Source: a virus
Length of the DNA stretch: 64,000 nt
IMG/VR virus record: IMGVR_UViG_3300031673_000004
Location: 32,001 to 96,000 of that record
Strand: one strand, 5' to 3'
The notes beneath the pieces were generated by a model, which had not been told where the DNA came from, searched no databases, and worked only from the letters and a program-made list of their open reading frames with translations. This document shows positions 44,801-53,110 of this stretch, in pieces (positions within the stretch are counted from its first letter, which is position 1; each line of letters starts with the position of its first letter). Both the position numbers and the translations under genes were made by a program.

Positions 44801-46514
44801 GATACAAAATACAATAAAAATTACACTAAATAATGGGGTAATTTTAGAAGGAACAGAAAACCATAAGATAATGACAGTTGATGGGTGGAAAAAACTAAAT
44901 GAACTAAAAATTGGTGCGTATACATTGACTATAAGTCGAAATTTTAATAAATTAAAAGGAAAAAATAAACTTCCTAAACTTGGAAAATTTAATGCAAATG
45001 CAAATAAAATTTCTGTTCCGCGTTATATGTCAAAAAATTTAGCAACATTCTTAGGAATGCTTGCGGCAGATGGTCATACAGAAGAAACAACAGGATTAGT
45101 TGGCCTTTATGAAAAGAATAAAAAGGTTGGGAAATTATTTGATGATTTAACTAAAAAATTATTTAAACAATCCCCAAAAATAACTAAAGATAAACGTACA
45201 GGAGTAATTATACATGCTATTACAAGCAGAGTATTTTGTCGTTGGATAGAAAGTTTAATTGGAAAAAGAGCAGCAGATAAGCATATTCCAGTACAAATTT
45301 TACGCGGGAGTGAAACAGAAATATTAGGATTTGCTAAAGGGGTAACTCTTGATGGATATATCGCACAAGGAGCATTGATACTTTACGATGGCAAATCTGA
45401 ACAACTTGCGAGAGAATTATGTGCTTTAACTCATTTTATTGGAAGAGCCCCGTACTTAGGTAAAAAATTAGTTAAATCGCATAACTATTATACATATAAT
45501 GTACGCATATTTAATTTTAAAGGAATTGAGACACACAAGATATCAACACGCCAGGATAAAGATAGATTAGTAAAAATTCCAAATAAATGGCACGCCATAA
45601 ATTATCTTAAATTACCTGCGGACCATCCTAAATATAGTGCTATGCGAAGTATCTGGCAGAGAAAACAAAAAATAGCAAAACAATCAACTCTTAAGGCGCT
45701 TAATCAGACATATCCTTATGATGAATACTATGTAAAAGTTTCAAAAATTGAAAAATCACGAGTACCTGTGTATGATCTAGAGGTAGAAAATACGCATTCA
45801 TATATAGTCAACGGATTACTCTCCCATAATACAGTCAATGCACCAAACAGTACAACTAGAGAACAGGTTGACAATATATTCAGATTAGCGTATAAAACCA
45901 AATGCAAGTCTACAACCATTTATAGGAGTGGTAGTAGAAAGACTGAGGTACTCATTAAAGAGCAGGAAATAACTAAGGACTCTAATGAATCTGACGAGGA
46001 AACTACTAAACAACAAAAATCAACAGCGCCTAGATTCCGTGGGCCAGTGTTGTTTGGAGCTACATTCAAAATAAATACTCCTGGGGGTAAGGCATATATT
46101 ACGATAAATGAGGACGATTACGGTCTTAGAGAGGTTTTTGTACATATTAGCAAGGCAGGCTCAGAAATTACGACGCACGTAGAAGCAGAGGGCAGATTAA
46201 TTTCACATTCGTTAAAACATTGGATACCAGCAAAAACTATTATCGGCCATTTGGCGGGACACAAATCTAACCCAATTTTCGATAGCGGCAGATCTGTAAA
46301 AAGCGTACCAGATGCCGTAGCTATTGTAATGCGAGAGTATCTAGACCGTTATGAAGGCTTCTCAGAATACCTGGACAAGGAAAACGCAACTCCAGTTACT
46401 ACACCCCAACTCTCCGGGGAAATATCGGGTGAGCTATGTCCTGATTGTGGAGAAGTACTATACCAATCTGGTGGTTGTAACTATTGCTATTGTGGATTTA
46501 GCAGATGCGGCTAG
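41853..46514 (+). CDS. nrdJ: Class II (B12-dependent) ribonucleotide reductase with two inteins and C-terminal TSCPD/zinc-ribbon
   Basis: PATPTLINAG, SSCF, GGGVG, QGGVRRAA, NP|CSEQ, RRIGLG, QPTGT, SK|TVN, YRSGSR, CPDCG..GGC..C..CGFSRC. Confidence 0.93.
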   Translation: MTILNELAQQILAAKYYTDEETTPEQLFMRVAKVAAIPDVIDRFVQKDGTIASNLGDYFKPYTDIFNRVIARRGYTIDAALGAKEIASEYWGEETKKYYDAMCNLEFMPATPTLINAGRSIGMLSSCFFLRVPDSLEGIMETNKQTAIIAKMGGGVGLDISELRPKGSPVGTTSKGVSSGPVSFLRIFNETGMQVQQGGVRRAAMIAVMVINHPDILEFIKCKEEEGVLSNFNISVLIPDTFMEAIEVHPENIWICEWKNTQYIINKETDIPELYDANQPIDIEEYYRVKDIWEIIVDKAWHNGEPGIVFWDEVNRKDIFKGKFGKLGLNPCVPKDTWIMTLKGPRQVADLLTKDFSAAIDGENFPARKFIKTGSKQLVRITTKEGFQVKTTLNHLFRKVIGKRHVRDPNNYNGTRLTDYYEDWVPAGELNPGDTVRMHHHKNLPVWKGPGTYSDGYLLGLLIGDGYLTKTNVGKIEIWDDAGSQEMIDKVLEFVKTLHKRSDFKGFNYAEKTKKHTLTLAALHKLAKHYGAVQGNKHLTEKIEKTSYAFHVGFLRGFFDADGSVQGTQEKGVSVRVGQSSIDDLRIVQRMLLRIGIYSKIYKRREAGIHYLPDSNRNLAPYPVKASFELIISGEGLEIFLNKISFYHTQKRELLTNKVCNYKRNINKMKFIATVEHIELLPAENVYDTTVPLIHAFDGNGFYLHNCSEQFLVEKDSCSLAAINLGVCWYYSERDKRVRVDYDRLEALIKLGVQFLDNTLDINSFPLPEIEEQTLKIRRIGLGTMGLHDLMLRKEIRYGSKESLSLIDNIYSFIEKTARNTSTQLGSIRGVPDALKEFNVRNAGLLTVQPTGTVSIICNQTSPGIEPVFQWSFTRKDSYGTHQMKHFILEKFPNELPSYAVTALDIPPREHVLVQAQIQKYIDSGISKCLAKGTLIPTNKGIIPIENLGINNIPRTFGKPLKDLEVFSEDKNWHKVNSFYFGGIQNTIKITLNNGVILEGTENHKIMTVDGWKKLNELKIGAYTLTISRNFNKLKGKNKLPKLGKFNANANKISVPRYMSKNLATFLGMLAADGHTEETTGLVGLYEKNKKVGKLFDDLTKKLFKQSPKITKDKRTGVIIHAITSRVFCRWIESLIGKRAADKHIPVQILRGSETEILGFAKGVTLDGYIAQGALILYDGKSEQLARELCALTHFIGRAPYLGKKLVKSHNYYTYNVRIFNFKGIETHKISTRQDKDRLVKIPNKWHAINYLKLPADHPKYSAMRSIWQRKQKIAKQSTLKALNQTYPYDEYYVKVSKIEKSRVPVYDLEVENTHSYIVNGLLSHNTVNAPNSTTREQVDNIFRLAYKTKCKSTTIYRSGSRKTEVLIKEQEITKDSNESDEETTKQQKSTAPRFRGPVLFGATFKINTPGGKAYITINEDDYGLREVFVHISKAGSEITTHVEAEGRLISHSLKHWIPAKTIIGHLAGHKSNPIFDSGRSVKSVPDAVAIVMREYLDRYEGFSEYLDKENATPVTTPQLSGEISGELCPDCGEVLYQSGGCNYCYCGFSRCG
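42846..43970 (+). mobile_element. LAGLIDADG intein 1 in NrdJ at the catalytic NPC Cys
   Basis: NP|CVPKDT...GLLIGDG...GFFDADG...NGFYLHN|CSEQ. Confidence 0.92.
44637..45830 (+). mobile_element. LAGLIDADG intein 2 in NrdJ
   Basis: ISK|CLAKGT...TENH...GMLAADG...GVTLDG...NGLLSHN|TVN. Confidence 0.92.
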
Positions 46515-46518
46515 GGCT

Positions 46519-46806
46519 ATGTTTGTACACAAATGTGCACTTAGAAGAGAAACTTTACCAGTATTACCATGTGATTGTTCCGCATGTGAATGGTATATTC
46601 ATGAAGCTACCTATAATAATTGTTTTTGGGCCTTAGCATATATATTTGAAAATCAACCTGGAACTAAATTATCATTTGAAGAAATCGCAGTATTAGAAGG
46701 AGTTACAGTTGATGAAATAGTTATAGCATACGAAACTGCTATTAATAAATTACGTAAAGACTCCAGAAATATACTGAAAAGTGATAATTTCGGCAACGTG
46801 AGTTAA
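46519..46806 (+). CDS. Small Cys-rich protein with sigma-70 region 4-like HTH
   Basis: C...C..C.W......NNCFW then LSFEEIAVLEGVT...AINKLR; ATG just after nrdJ stop. Confidence 0.65.
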   Translation: MFVHKCALRRETLPVLPCDCSACEWYIHEATYNNCFWALAYIFENQPGTKLSFEEIAVLEGVTVDEIVIAYETAINKLRKDSRNILKSDNFGNVS

Positions 46807-46811
46807 ACAAT

Positions 46812-47327
46812 TTGAGGCAAATTATGCTATGTAATAGCGATGTTGTCGAAAAACATATTGGGTCTGAACTAGCAAGACTGCAATTTGAAAATGCTCTTTT
46901 AAAAGGATGGATTAAATCAGGCCAGGAAGTACGGACTTGCGTAGTTTGTGGCAAGCCCATCAACAACATTAGTATTCAACGGATGCTTCGGCCATATCTA
47001 TGGGACTGTAGAGAATGTTTTCAAAAGAAGCCGAGAAAAATAATTTCATTGGAACACGATTTCACGCTAGACATTTTGGACATTCTGAAAGAGACGACGC
47101 GCTTATATGGGAATATCAAGGCACAATGTGGGGCATTGGGAATTTCAATCCCATATTTTTATTCGATAATAGATAAATACTGTGGTGAACATTTTGTATC
47201 GTTTATGGCAAAATATGCAACTGGGAAACGAAAAGAAACATATGCTAAAAAGCTTGCAAAAATTGTGGATCCCCCTAACGTGTTATCTGGGTTCAAGATT
47301 AAAATTCCCGAATTGGCCGCCGTATAA
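46812..47327 (+). CDS. Zinc-finger plus HTH-like protein
   Basis: CVVC...CREC; GALGISIPYFY. Confidence 0.6.
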   Translation: MRQIMLCNSDVVEKHIGSELARLQFENALLKGWIKSGQEVRTCVVCGKPINNISIQRMLRPYLWDCRECFQKKPRKIISLEHDFTLDILDILKETTRLYGNIKAQCGALGISIPYFYSIIDKYCGEHFVSFMAKYATGKRKETYAKKLAKIVDPPNVLSGFKIKIPELAAV

Positions 47328-47417
47328 TCCTCTTTCTTTTATTTCCAAACATGGTAGATCAGATATACTCAGGGAAACCCCCTCGTATAGTACCTTTGTC
47401 TTACAAGGAGAGAATCA

Positions 47418-48254
47418 ATGAACCGTACAAGAATGAAACAATTGCAAGCAATCAGCCACAGATTACACCAAGACAGGTCATCTGTAGCAAGCGAATTCAT
47501 CACAGGATTAAAGGCTACATTAGCAAAACGTGGCTACAGGGCTGACCTGACCCTTTCAACTAACGCAAGGTCCACAATGGGGCGGTTTAGAGCATCTGTT
47601 CCATTTGACGTGCAATTGGGACATCCGTCTGAAGAGGACTTGATGACATTGGTTGCTCAATCCTACCCTAATCATGAAATCGATTGGGGATTGGTTGAAG
47701 TCGATTCAGATTTGGGTCTTGTTCTTCTTGATCTGCAGCCCTCAACTGAAATGGTTCCCGTGAAAAGCATCAGTGAGATACCTCCTGAGTTCAAGTCTAT
47801 AGGAAGCGGTATTTACAAACGCGCAGCGGATGCTTCAGGTAATGTCCGTGAGATTTGGACATTGAAGCGTGGGGATGATGGTCTGGTTCTATACCGCAAT
47901 AATGATGATGTAGAAATTGAAGCTAAAGCAGATGGGTTCAAAGCAGGCGACATTGCAAATACCCCGTATGGCCCTGGCCGCATTCTTCGTTTCGATGAAA
48001 TGGGAAATGCCTTTGTGCAAATTGGTAATAACAAACGCATGGTCGCTGCAAAGGAACTAGGGATATATAGCATCGAGAAGGAAAAGAAGAAGCTTACCGA
48101 TTACTATAGTGAAGCTTATGGAGATCCTGCCTTTGCGAAAGCCCTGACAGAGAACTATGACACTCGCAAGAAAAATAAAAGCGGACCAGCAAATGGCAAA
48201 AACCCAAAAGGTGCTCCCGCTGACATCAACAAAATGAATATGGTTCATAAATAA
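47418..48254 (+). CDS. Hypothetical protein (possibly virion-associated)
   Basis: 278-aa ORF, AAGGAG upstream; KOW/SH3-like GDIANTPYGPG segment. Confidence 0.7.
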   Translation: MNRTRMKQLQAISHRLHQDRSSVASEFITGLKATLAKRGYRADLTLSTNARSTMGRFRASVPFDVQLGHPSEEDLMTLVAQSYPNHEIDWGLVEVDSDLGLVLLDLQPSTEMVPVKSISEIPPEFKSIGSGIYKRAADASGNVREIWTLKRGDDGLVLYRNNDDVEIEAKADGFKAGDIANTPYGPGRILRFDEMGNAFVQIGNNKRMVAAKELGIYSIEKEKKKLTDYYSEAYGDPAFAKALTENYDTRKKNKSGPANGKNPKGAPADINKMNMVHK

Positions 48255-48295
48255 ACAGAACTGGCTGTAACGTTACAATCAGTGGAGATAAAGTT

Positions 48296-49654
48296 ATGCC
48301 GAAACAAGCCAGTATTCGTGTAAAAGCTCCGGGGCGGCCTCCGAAAGCATGGTTTAATAAGATGGAAAAGGAAGTTCAGGAAGGAAACCCAGATTATTCC
48401 GATGACCAAGTTAAAAAAACAGTCGGGAACATTTGGTATAATGAACTTTCACAGTACAGAAAAAATAAACTTACAAAGAAACATGAAAACAGCCTACGTG
48501 TCTCGGGAGAACGGATTATAGGTGAAAGAGTGTATGCGACTGAGGTCAAGGCTTCCCAATTCCCCAATTTGTTCAGTTCCGATACGTCCAAATGGATAAA
48601 ATTACAAACTAGGAATCTTGCTGCAAACATGGGGCCAATTTCCAGCCCGGCACAAGCAATTGCATTTGTGAATGATGCAGCCAAACAGGTTATTACAGAA
48701 ATAACTGCTGCAGTATCCGAGGAAGTGACTAAAATCATTGAAGCAGAAAAAGAAGATATTCTTAATGATATTGTCACGGAGACAACACAATTTGAAGAGG
48801 AATTAACAAATCCTGCAGGCGCTCCACAAATCCCCATGGAAATGAATGAGGCCCCAGCAGAAGAACCTGTAGAGGCACCCATTGCTGCATCCAGAAAAGC
48901 GCTAATGCCTCATAAGCTTAGAATAGCTTTTGAAAAAGCAGCTAATCCAGCAGAGCAATCTTTATCCTTAGTCAAACTTGATCCTACATTTTTAGCTCAT
49001 TTGGACGAGTTAGAAGACCAAGCAGAATCAGTAGAAACCTTAGCTGAGTGGGTCAAAGATTACATCGTTGGGCGTGGTTTACTGGACCCCGATACTGCAG
49101 CACAGGCTGATTGGATTGAGCCGACTAAGCTGCTGACTTCAAGTTTACATAAAAGAAAAGCAGTTGAGTATTTAAGTGATCTGATTGATCCAATTTACGA
49201 TCATAAAGAAAGAGTAGAAAGAGTGCTTAGTAAAATGACTGATGCTGAATCAATAAATGCGTGGGATATGGGGCGTGAGGCAGGCATAGAACCATTAACA
49301 GCCGAACATATCCTAGATAGATTAGTACAAGAAGGGTTAGCAGATAAAGATGGGGTTTGGTATTCAAAAAAAGCAGGTTTAGAAGATGAAGAAGAATTCC
49401 AGTCAGAGGAAGCTAACGAAGAAGAGGAATTTCAGCCGCAAGATGATGACATATTTATGAACGATTCTGGGCCATTGGGTAGTAGAACAAGTGTTAGTGC
49501 TGGTGGAACGTTCTTGGGAGAGTTTTCTACTGAGGACGAAGCAGAACTAGCTATAAAATCGTGGATGGAAGAAAATCAGTGGTATCCCAATGTATGGAAA
49601 ATATCAGATCATGGAAATATGATTGGTCCGATTGTCTTAGCAGCAGATAGATAA
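48296..49654 (+). CDS. Acidic modular hypothetical protein
   Basis: 452-aa ORF, GGAG upstream; repeated basic-x-Ala junctions. Confidence 0.7.
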   Translation: MPKQASIRVKAPGRPPKAWFNKMEKEVQEGNPDYSDDQVKKTVGNIWYNELSQYRKNKLTKKHENSLRVSGERIIGERVYATEVKASQFPNLFSSDTSKWIKLQTRNLAANMGPISSPAQAIAFVNDAAKQVITEITAAVSEEVTKIIEAEKEDILNDIVTETTQFEEELTNPAGAPQIPMEMNEAPAEEPVEAPIAASRKALMPHKLRIAFEKAANPAEQSLSLVKLDPTFLAHLDELEDQAESVETLAEWVKDYIVGRGLLDPDTAAQADWIEPTKLLTSSLHKRKAVEYLSDLIDPIYDHKERVERVLSKMTDAESINAWDMGREAGIEPLTAEHILDRLVQEGLADKDGVWYSKKAGLEDEEEFQSEEANEEEEFQPQDDDIFMNDSGPLGSRTSVSAGGTFLGEFSTEDEAELAIKSWMEENQWYPNVWKISDHGNMIGPIVLAADR

Positions 49655-49688
49655 GTAAAAATTCTTTAATCTAGCGAGGTAGGAACCA

Positions 49689-50498
49689 ATGACCATTCTT
49701 TCTAACGTAGAATTCGAAAAGCTAGTTACAGATCAATCTCCTAGATTGAGGACAATTGCAAAACAACGCTGTGACCAAGCTCCAACAGGGGTTCTTACAC
49801 GGGCTGACATTGATCAGTATATCCAAGCCTGTACCTATTCTGGTGATAAAAAAGCTGCTCAATGGCTGAAATCACTGATCGTAGTTTCAAAAAACGGAAA
49901 ATTGGCACGGCTACGCAGCAACGAAGCCACATGGGAAGATCATGTAGAAGAGGTACATCGATTAAGCGCAGCCAAGGAAGCCTTGGATATTGGGCAGCAC
50001 GTCCGTTGCAAAGAATCAGGAAGATACGGTTCGATTGCTGATTATAATCCAGACTCAAAAGAATATATAGTTGTCTTAGACCCATTTCAAATAATGGTCT
50101 ATAAGAGTAATCAGATAGAAACAGTGGCGAGCCATAAGATTAATGCACAAAGGTCTAAACAAGCAGGATTCATGCAACCTATGGTAGAGGAAGGAACTTG
50201 GATTACTATTGATGGCCCCCAAGGTGGTGAGAGTATCCCTGCAGATTATGTAGGTTCAGAAGATATAGAAAAACTAAAGAATGAAATTGAGGTGAATGGA
50301 ACAGCATCTCTTGAAGGGACTTCCTTACGAGATTTTTGTGAAAATTCTGAAATATACAGTATAGAAGTAGAGACAGGATATAGTGCATATCTTTCTGCTC
50401 CTGGGTATATGGACAGAACTGAAAATACAGTTTTTGATACAGAAGAAGAAGCATGGGCACATCTCAAAGAAATGTATCCCGAAGAATTTGAAAATTAA
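49689..50498 (+). CDS. Modular hypothetical protein
   Basis: 269-aa ORF; SH3-like IGQHVRC segment; C-terminal AYLSAPGYMDRT module. Confidence 0.7.
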   Translation: MTILSNVEFEKLVTDQSPRLRTIAKQRCDQAPTGVLTRADIDQYIQACTYSGDKKAAQWLKSLIVVSKNGKLARLRSNEATWEDHVEEVHRLSAAKEALDIGQHVRCKESGRYGSIADYNPDSKEYIVVLDPFQIMVYKSNQIETVASHKINAQRSKQAGFMQPMVEEGTWITIDGPQGGESIPADYVGSEDIEKLKNEIEVNGTASLEGTSLRDFCENSEIYSIEVETGYSAYLSAPGYMDRTENTVFDTEEEAWAHLKEMYPEEFEN

Positions 50499-50504
50499 TA
50501 AAAA

Positions 50505-51269
50505 ATGGCGATTAAGCTAAAATGGAAAGGTGAAACTCTTTGGGCGTATCCAAAAGATAGCCCAAATAGAGTTCAAAAATACAATATTTACGACGATCAA
50601 GGGCGCTATTTTATAACAGATAATCAACATTTTGTAGATGAATTTATAGCTGAAGACCAAGAAGGCACTGATCCTCTTAATAGAGAAGGTTGCATAGGGC
50701 AATTACACACAATGAGAATAGAAGCTACAGAAGTCCTAGCGCAGTACGACCGTAACAGGGCACCCATTATTGATGACTCTATTGGAGAGCCTGTAGGAGG
50801 TGCTTACGGTCGTGCAACACGCCTAGCTGACATTGAGGCAGAAGCAGTAGAGTTCGCCAATGCATTTCTGTTAGACTTCGATCTTCCATCGACACCTTAT
50901 ATGCATGTTGGCAATATGAAGGGATTCGAAAACCTTAGAAAACCATTCAAGCAGGTAGTTGGAGTTATCGTTGTAAATGCAAATTTCAATACTCTTAGTG
51001 GGCATAGAATTAGATTAGGGTTAGCAATTCCTGTACATAAAGGGGAGTTTCAAAAACCATCTATTGTATATTATCAAGATAAGAAACGAGTATTTTCACA
51101 GGATTTATTAAATGATATCATAAGTTCTATCGAAACAACTAGACCTAAACTAAAAAATGAGTTCACGCCAAATGTGGAATTCCAGCATATAGAAAATATC
51201 GAAAAACCCCTATTCAGCGCTCCAGACGATCCTACTGGTTGGAGCCTTCTCATCACAGAACGCTACTAA
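50505..51269 (+). CDS. Hypothetical protein
   Basis: 254-aa ORF in a packed operon. Confidence 0.7.
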   Translation: MAIKLKWKGETLWAYPKDSPNRVQKYNIYDDQGRYFITDNQHFVDEFIAEDQEGTDPLNREGCIGQLHTMRIEATEVLAQYDRNRAPIIDDSIGEPVGGAYGRATRLADIEAEAVEFANAFLLDFDLPSTPYMHVGNMKGFENLRKPFKQVVGVIVVNANFNTLSGHRIRLGLAIPVHKGEFQKPSIVYYQDKKRVFSQDLLNDIISSIETTRPKLKNEFTPNVEFQHIENIEKPLFSAPDDPTGWSLLITERY

Positions 51270-51274
51270 GCGAT

Positions 51275-52138
51275 ATGCGATCAACCATCGTTAAGAAAAA
51301 ACCCGGAAAACACCGGACAGTCTATCCGCCACTTACAGATGCCCAATTAGCCCTATGCCCAAATGGAGATCCCCGCTGCAGGTTGTGTCAACTCAGACCG
51401 GAGCAAATTGTAGAATTGCACAGACAAAAATTTGAAGAAAAGTTGACCTATGCACAGATGCTTAAATATATTAGAAAAACATTCAACATGGGGGAAGACT
51501 TTACAAGAATAAGCAGGCATTTTAATAAACATTTGAAAAATGCTCAACTAGCAGTACAAAAATTAGCTACAAGACAAAAAGATGTGGCATATCCTGAGCT
51601 AATGAAAGCGCTCGAACCTATTAGTACTGATGTAAAGATAACGACTAGTGGTGCGTTAGAAAAAGCATATGAACAGCTTGTCAAAATGGCGCAAACATTT
51701 ACTGATAAAGTGTTTACCGTCCAAAATAAAATAGCGCTTACCATAGAGGGCAGAGATTTAGATGATGAAATTGATGGAGTTCCTGTATTAGAACTATTGG
51801 AAAAACAATCAAGATTAAATAAGGAAGCAAGAGAATTTATAAAAGAAGTATCTATACTCCGTGCACCAAAAGTAATGGTAGCACAGTTCCTGGAATCATT
51901 TATTGATGCTGTAATAAAAGAACTGAGTATACTAATAAGTAACTTGGCCGGTGAATTGAAGCATGATATCAGTGCGGAACTACTAGATGCAGGACACCCC
52001 GATCTGTTGAGCGATGTAACATATGCTAATATATTCAAAAAAATGGCCTTGGACTATAGGGATCGTATGGTAAATCTAAAACGACAAAAAATGGCAGATG
52101 CATTATCTGCTTTACAAGATTTGGAGAAATTAATTTAA
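51275..52138 (+). CDS. CxxC/HTH protein with helical C-terminus (terminase small subunit-like possible)
   Basis: CRLC...ISRHFNKH; function is a weak inference. Confidence 0.55.
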   Translation: MRSTIVKKKPGKHRTVYPPLTDAQLALCPNGDPRCRLCQLRPEQIVELHRQKFEEKLTYAQMLKYIRKTFNMGEDFTRISRHFNKHLKNAQLAVQKLATRQKDVAYPELMKALEPISTDVKITTSGALEKAYEQLVKMAQTFTDKVFTVQNKIALTIEGRDLDDEIDGVPVLELLEKQSRLNKEAREFIKEVSILRAPKVMVAQFLESFIDAVIKELSILISNLAGELKHDISAELLDAGHPDLLSDVTYANIFKKMALDYRDRMVNLKRQKMADALSALQDLEKLI

Positions 52139-52509
52139 TGCAACTGGTAATTATTGAGTCACCATTATCAGGTGACTTTCCGAAGAATATTAGATATGCA
52201 CGTTTGTGCATGCTTGATTGTCTGCAACGAGGAGAAGCACCTTTTGCATCACACTTACTGTATCCGCAGTGTTTGAATGATGATAAGCAGGCAGATCGCC
52301 AATTAGGAATAACTGCTGGGTTTGCGTGGGCAAAAATAGCTGTAAAACGTATATTTTATATGGATTTAGGTTACAGCAGTGGAATGCAGGCAGCTAAGGC
52401 AGACGCAAAAAAACTAAAGCAAAAGATTGAGGGGCGATATTTACCTGAAAAACTTATGCAACAACTAGATCAGCCAGGATACAACGCCACAAAAGGCTTC
52501 CGAGATTAG
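52138..52509 (+). CDS. Nucleoside 2-deoxyribosyltransferase-like fold phage protein
   Basis: VIIESP..G...NIRYAR, GEAPFASHLLYPQ, DLGYSSGM. Confidence 0.7.
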   Translation: MQLVIIESPLSGDFPKNIRYARLCMLDCLQRGEAPFASHLLYPQCLNDDKQADRQLGITAGFAWAKIAVKRIFYMDLGYSSGMQAAKADAKKLKQKIEGRYLPEKLMQQLDQPGYNATKGFRD

Positions 52510-52510
52510 T

Positions 52511-53032
52511 ATGATTGTAACTACTGCAGACAGCATTTTAACCTTACGCATGAGCGCTCCAAGTTGGGTGGATGATCGCTCTGTGCTGTGTGCTCCTAGT
52601 TTAGTACATTTTGATGCACTTGCAGGGTTTTTACAATTTCAAACAGCCTGTGCTGGATCAAGAAACTCATGGATGCAAACCATAGTATTCAACGATTGGC
52701 AGTCTATAGTAACTACACGGATGCCATGGGGACCATTAATGCCGGAAACCGATGAGGACCGTATAGAAAGAGAACGGACAGAAGAGGAAACAACTATAGT
52801 TGGAACTGAGTCTTGGCCAGATGTTTTAGCTAAGTTTCCTGAATTAGTCAATATGGATGTATCTATAGATTGTTCCTGTCCCTTTTTCCGTTGGTATGGC
52901 ACAGAATACAATCTTGAACAGCGGGATACAGCACTTTTTCCAGAAGGGGTTCCCTACCCACATATACGTGATCCTGAATTACATAACATAATTTGCAAGC
53001 ACTTAGCTGCTGTTTTTGCGAACCATTTTTAG
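52511..53032 (+). CDS. SWIM zinc-finger protein
   Basis: CSCPFF...ICKHLAAV. Confidence 0.75.
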   Translation: MIVTTADSILTLRMSAPSWVDDRSVLCAPSLVHFDALAGFLQFQTACAGSRNSWMQTIVFNDWQSIVTTRMPWGPLMPETDEDRIERERTEEETTIVGTESWPDVLAKFPELVNMDVSIDCSCPFFRWYGTEYNLEQRDTALFPEGVPYPHIRDPELHNIICKHLAAVFANHF

Positions 53033-53110
53033 AACAGTAATTTAAGTTTATTGCTAAAGTTGGTGTACCTTGAAGAGTAATTAAATATTATTAATTATTG
53101 TGAAAAAGCA

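Noticed and set aside
46351-46518. Upstream extension of the 46351 ORF
   Set aside because: Overlaps the conserved nrdJ C-terminus; ATG 46519 is the more plausible start.
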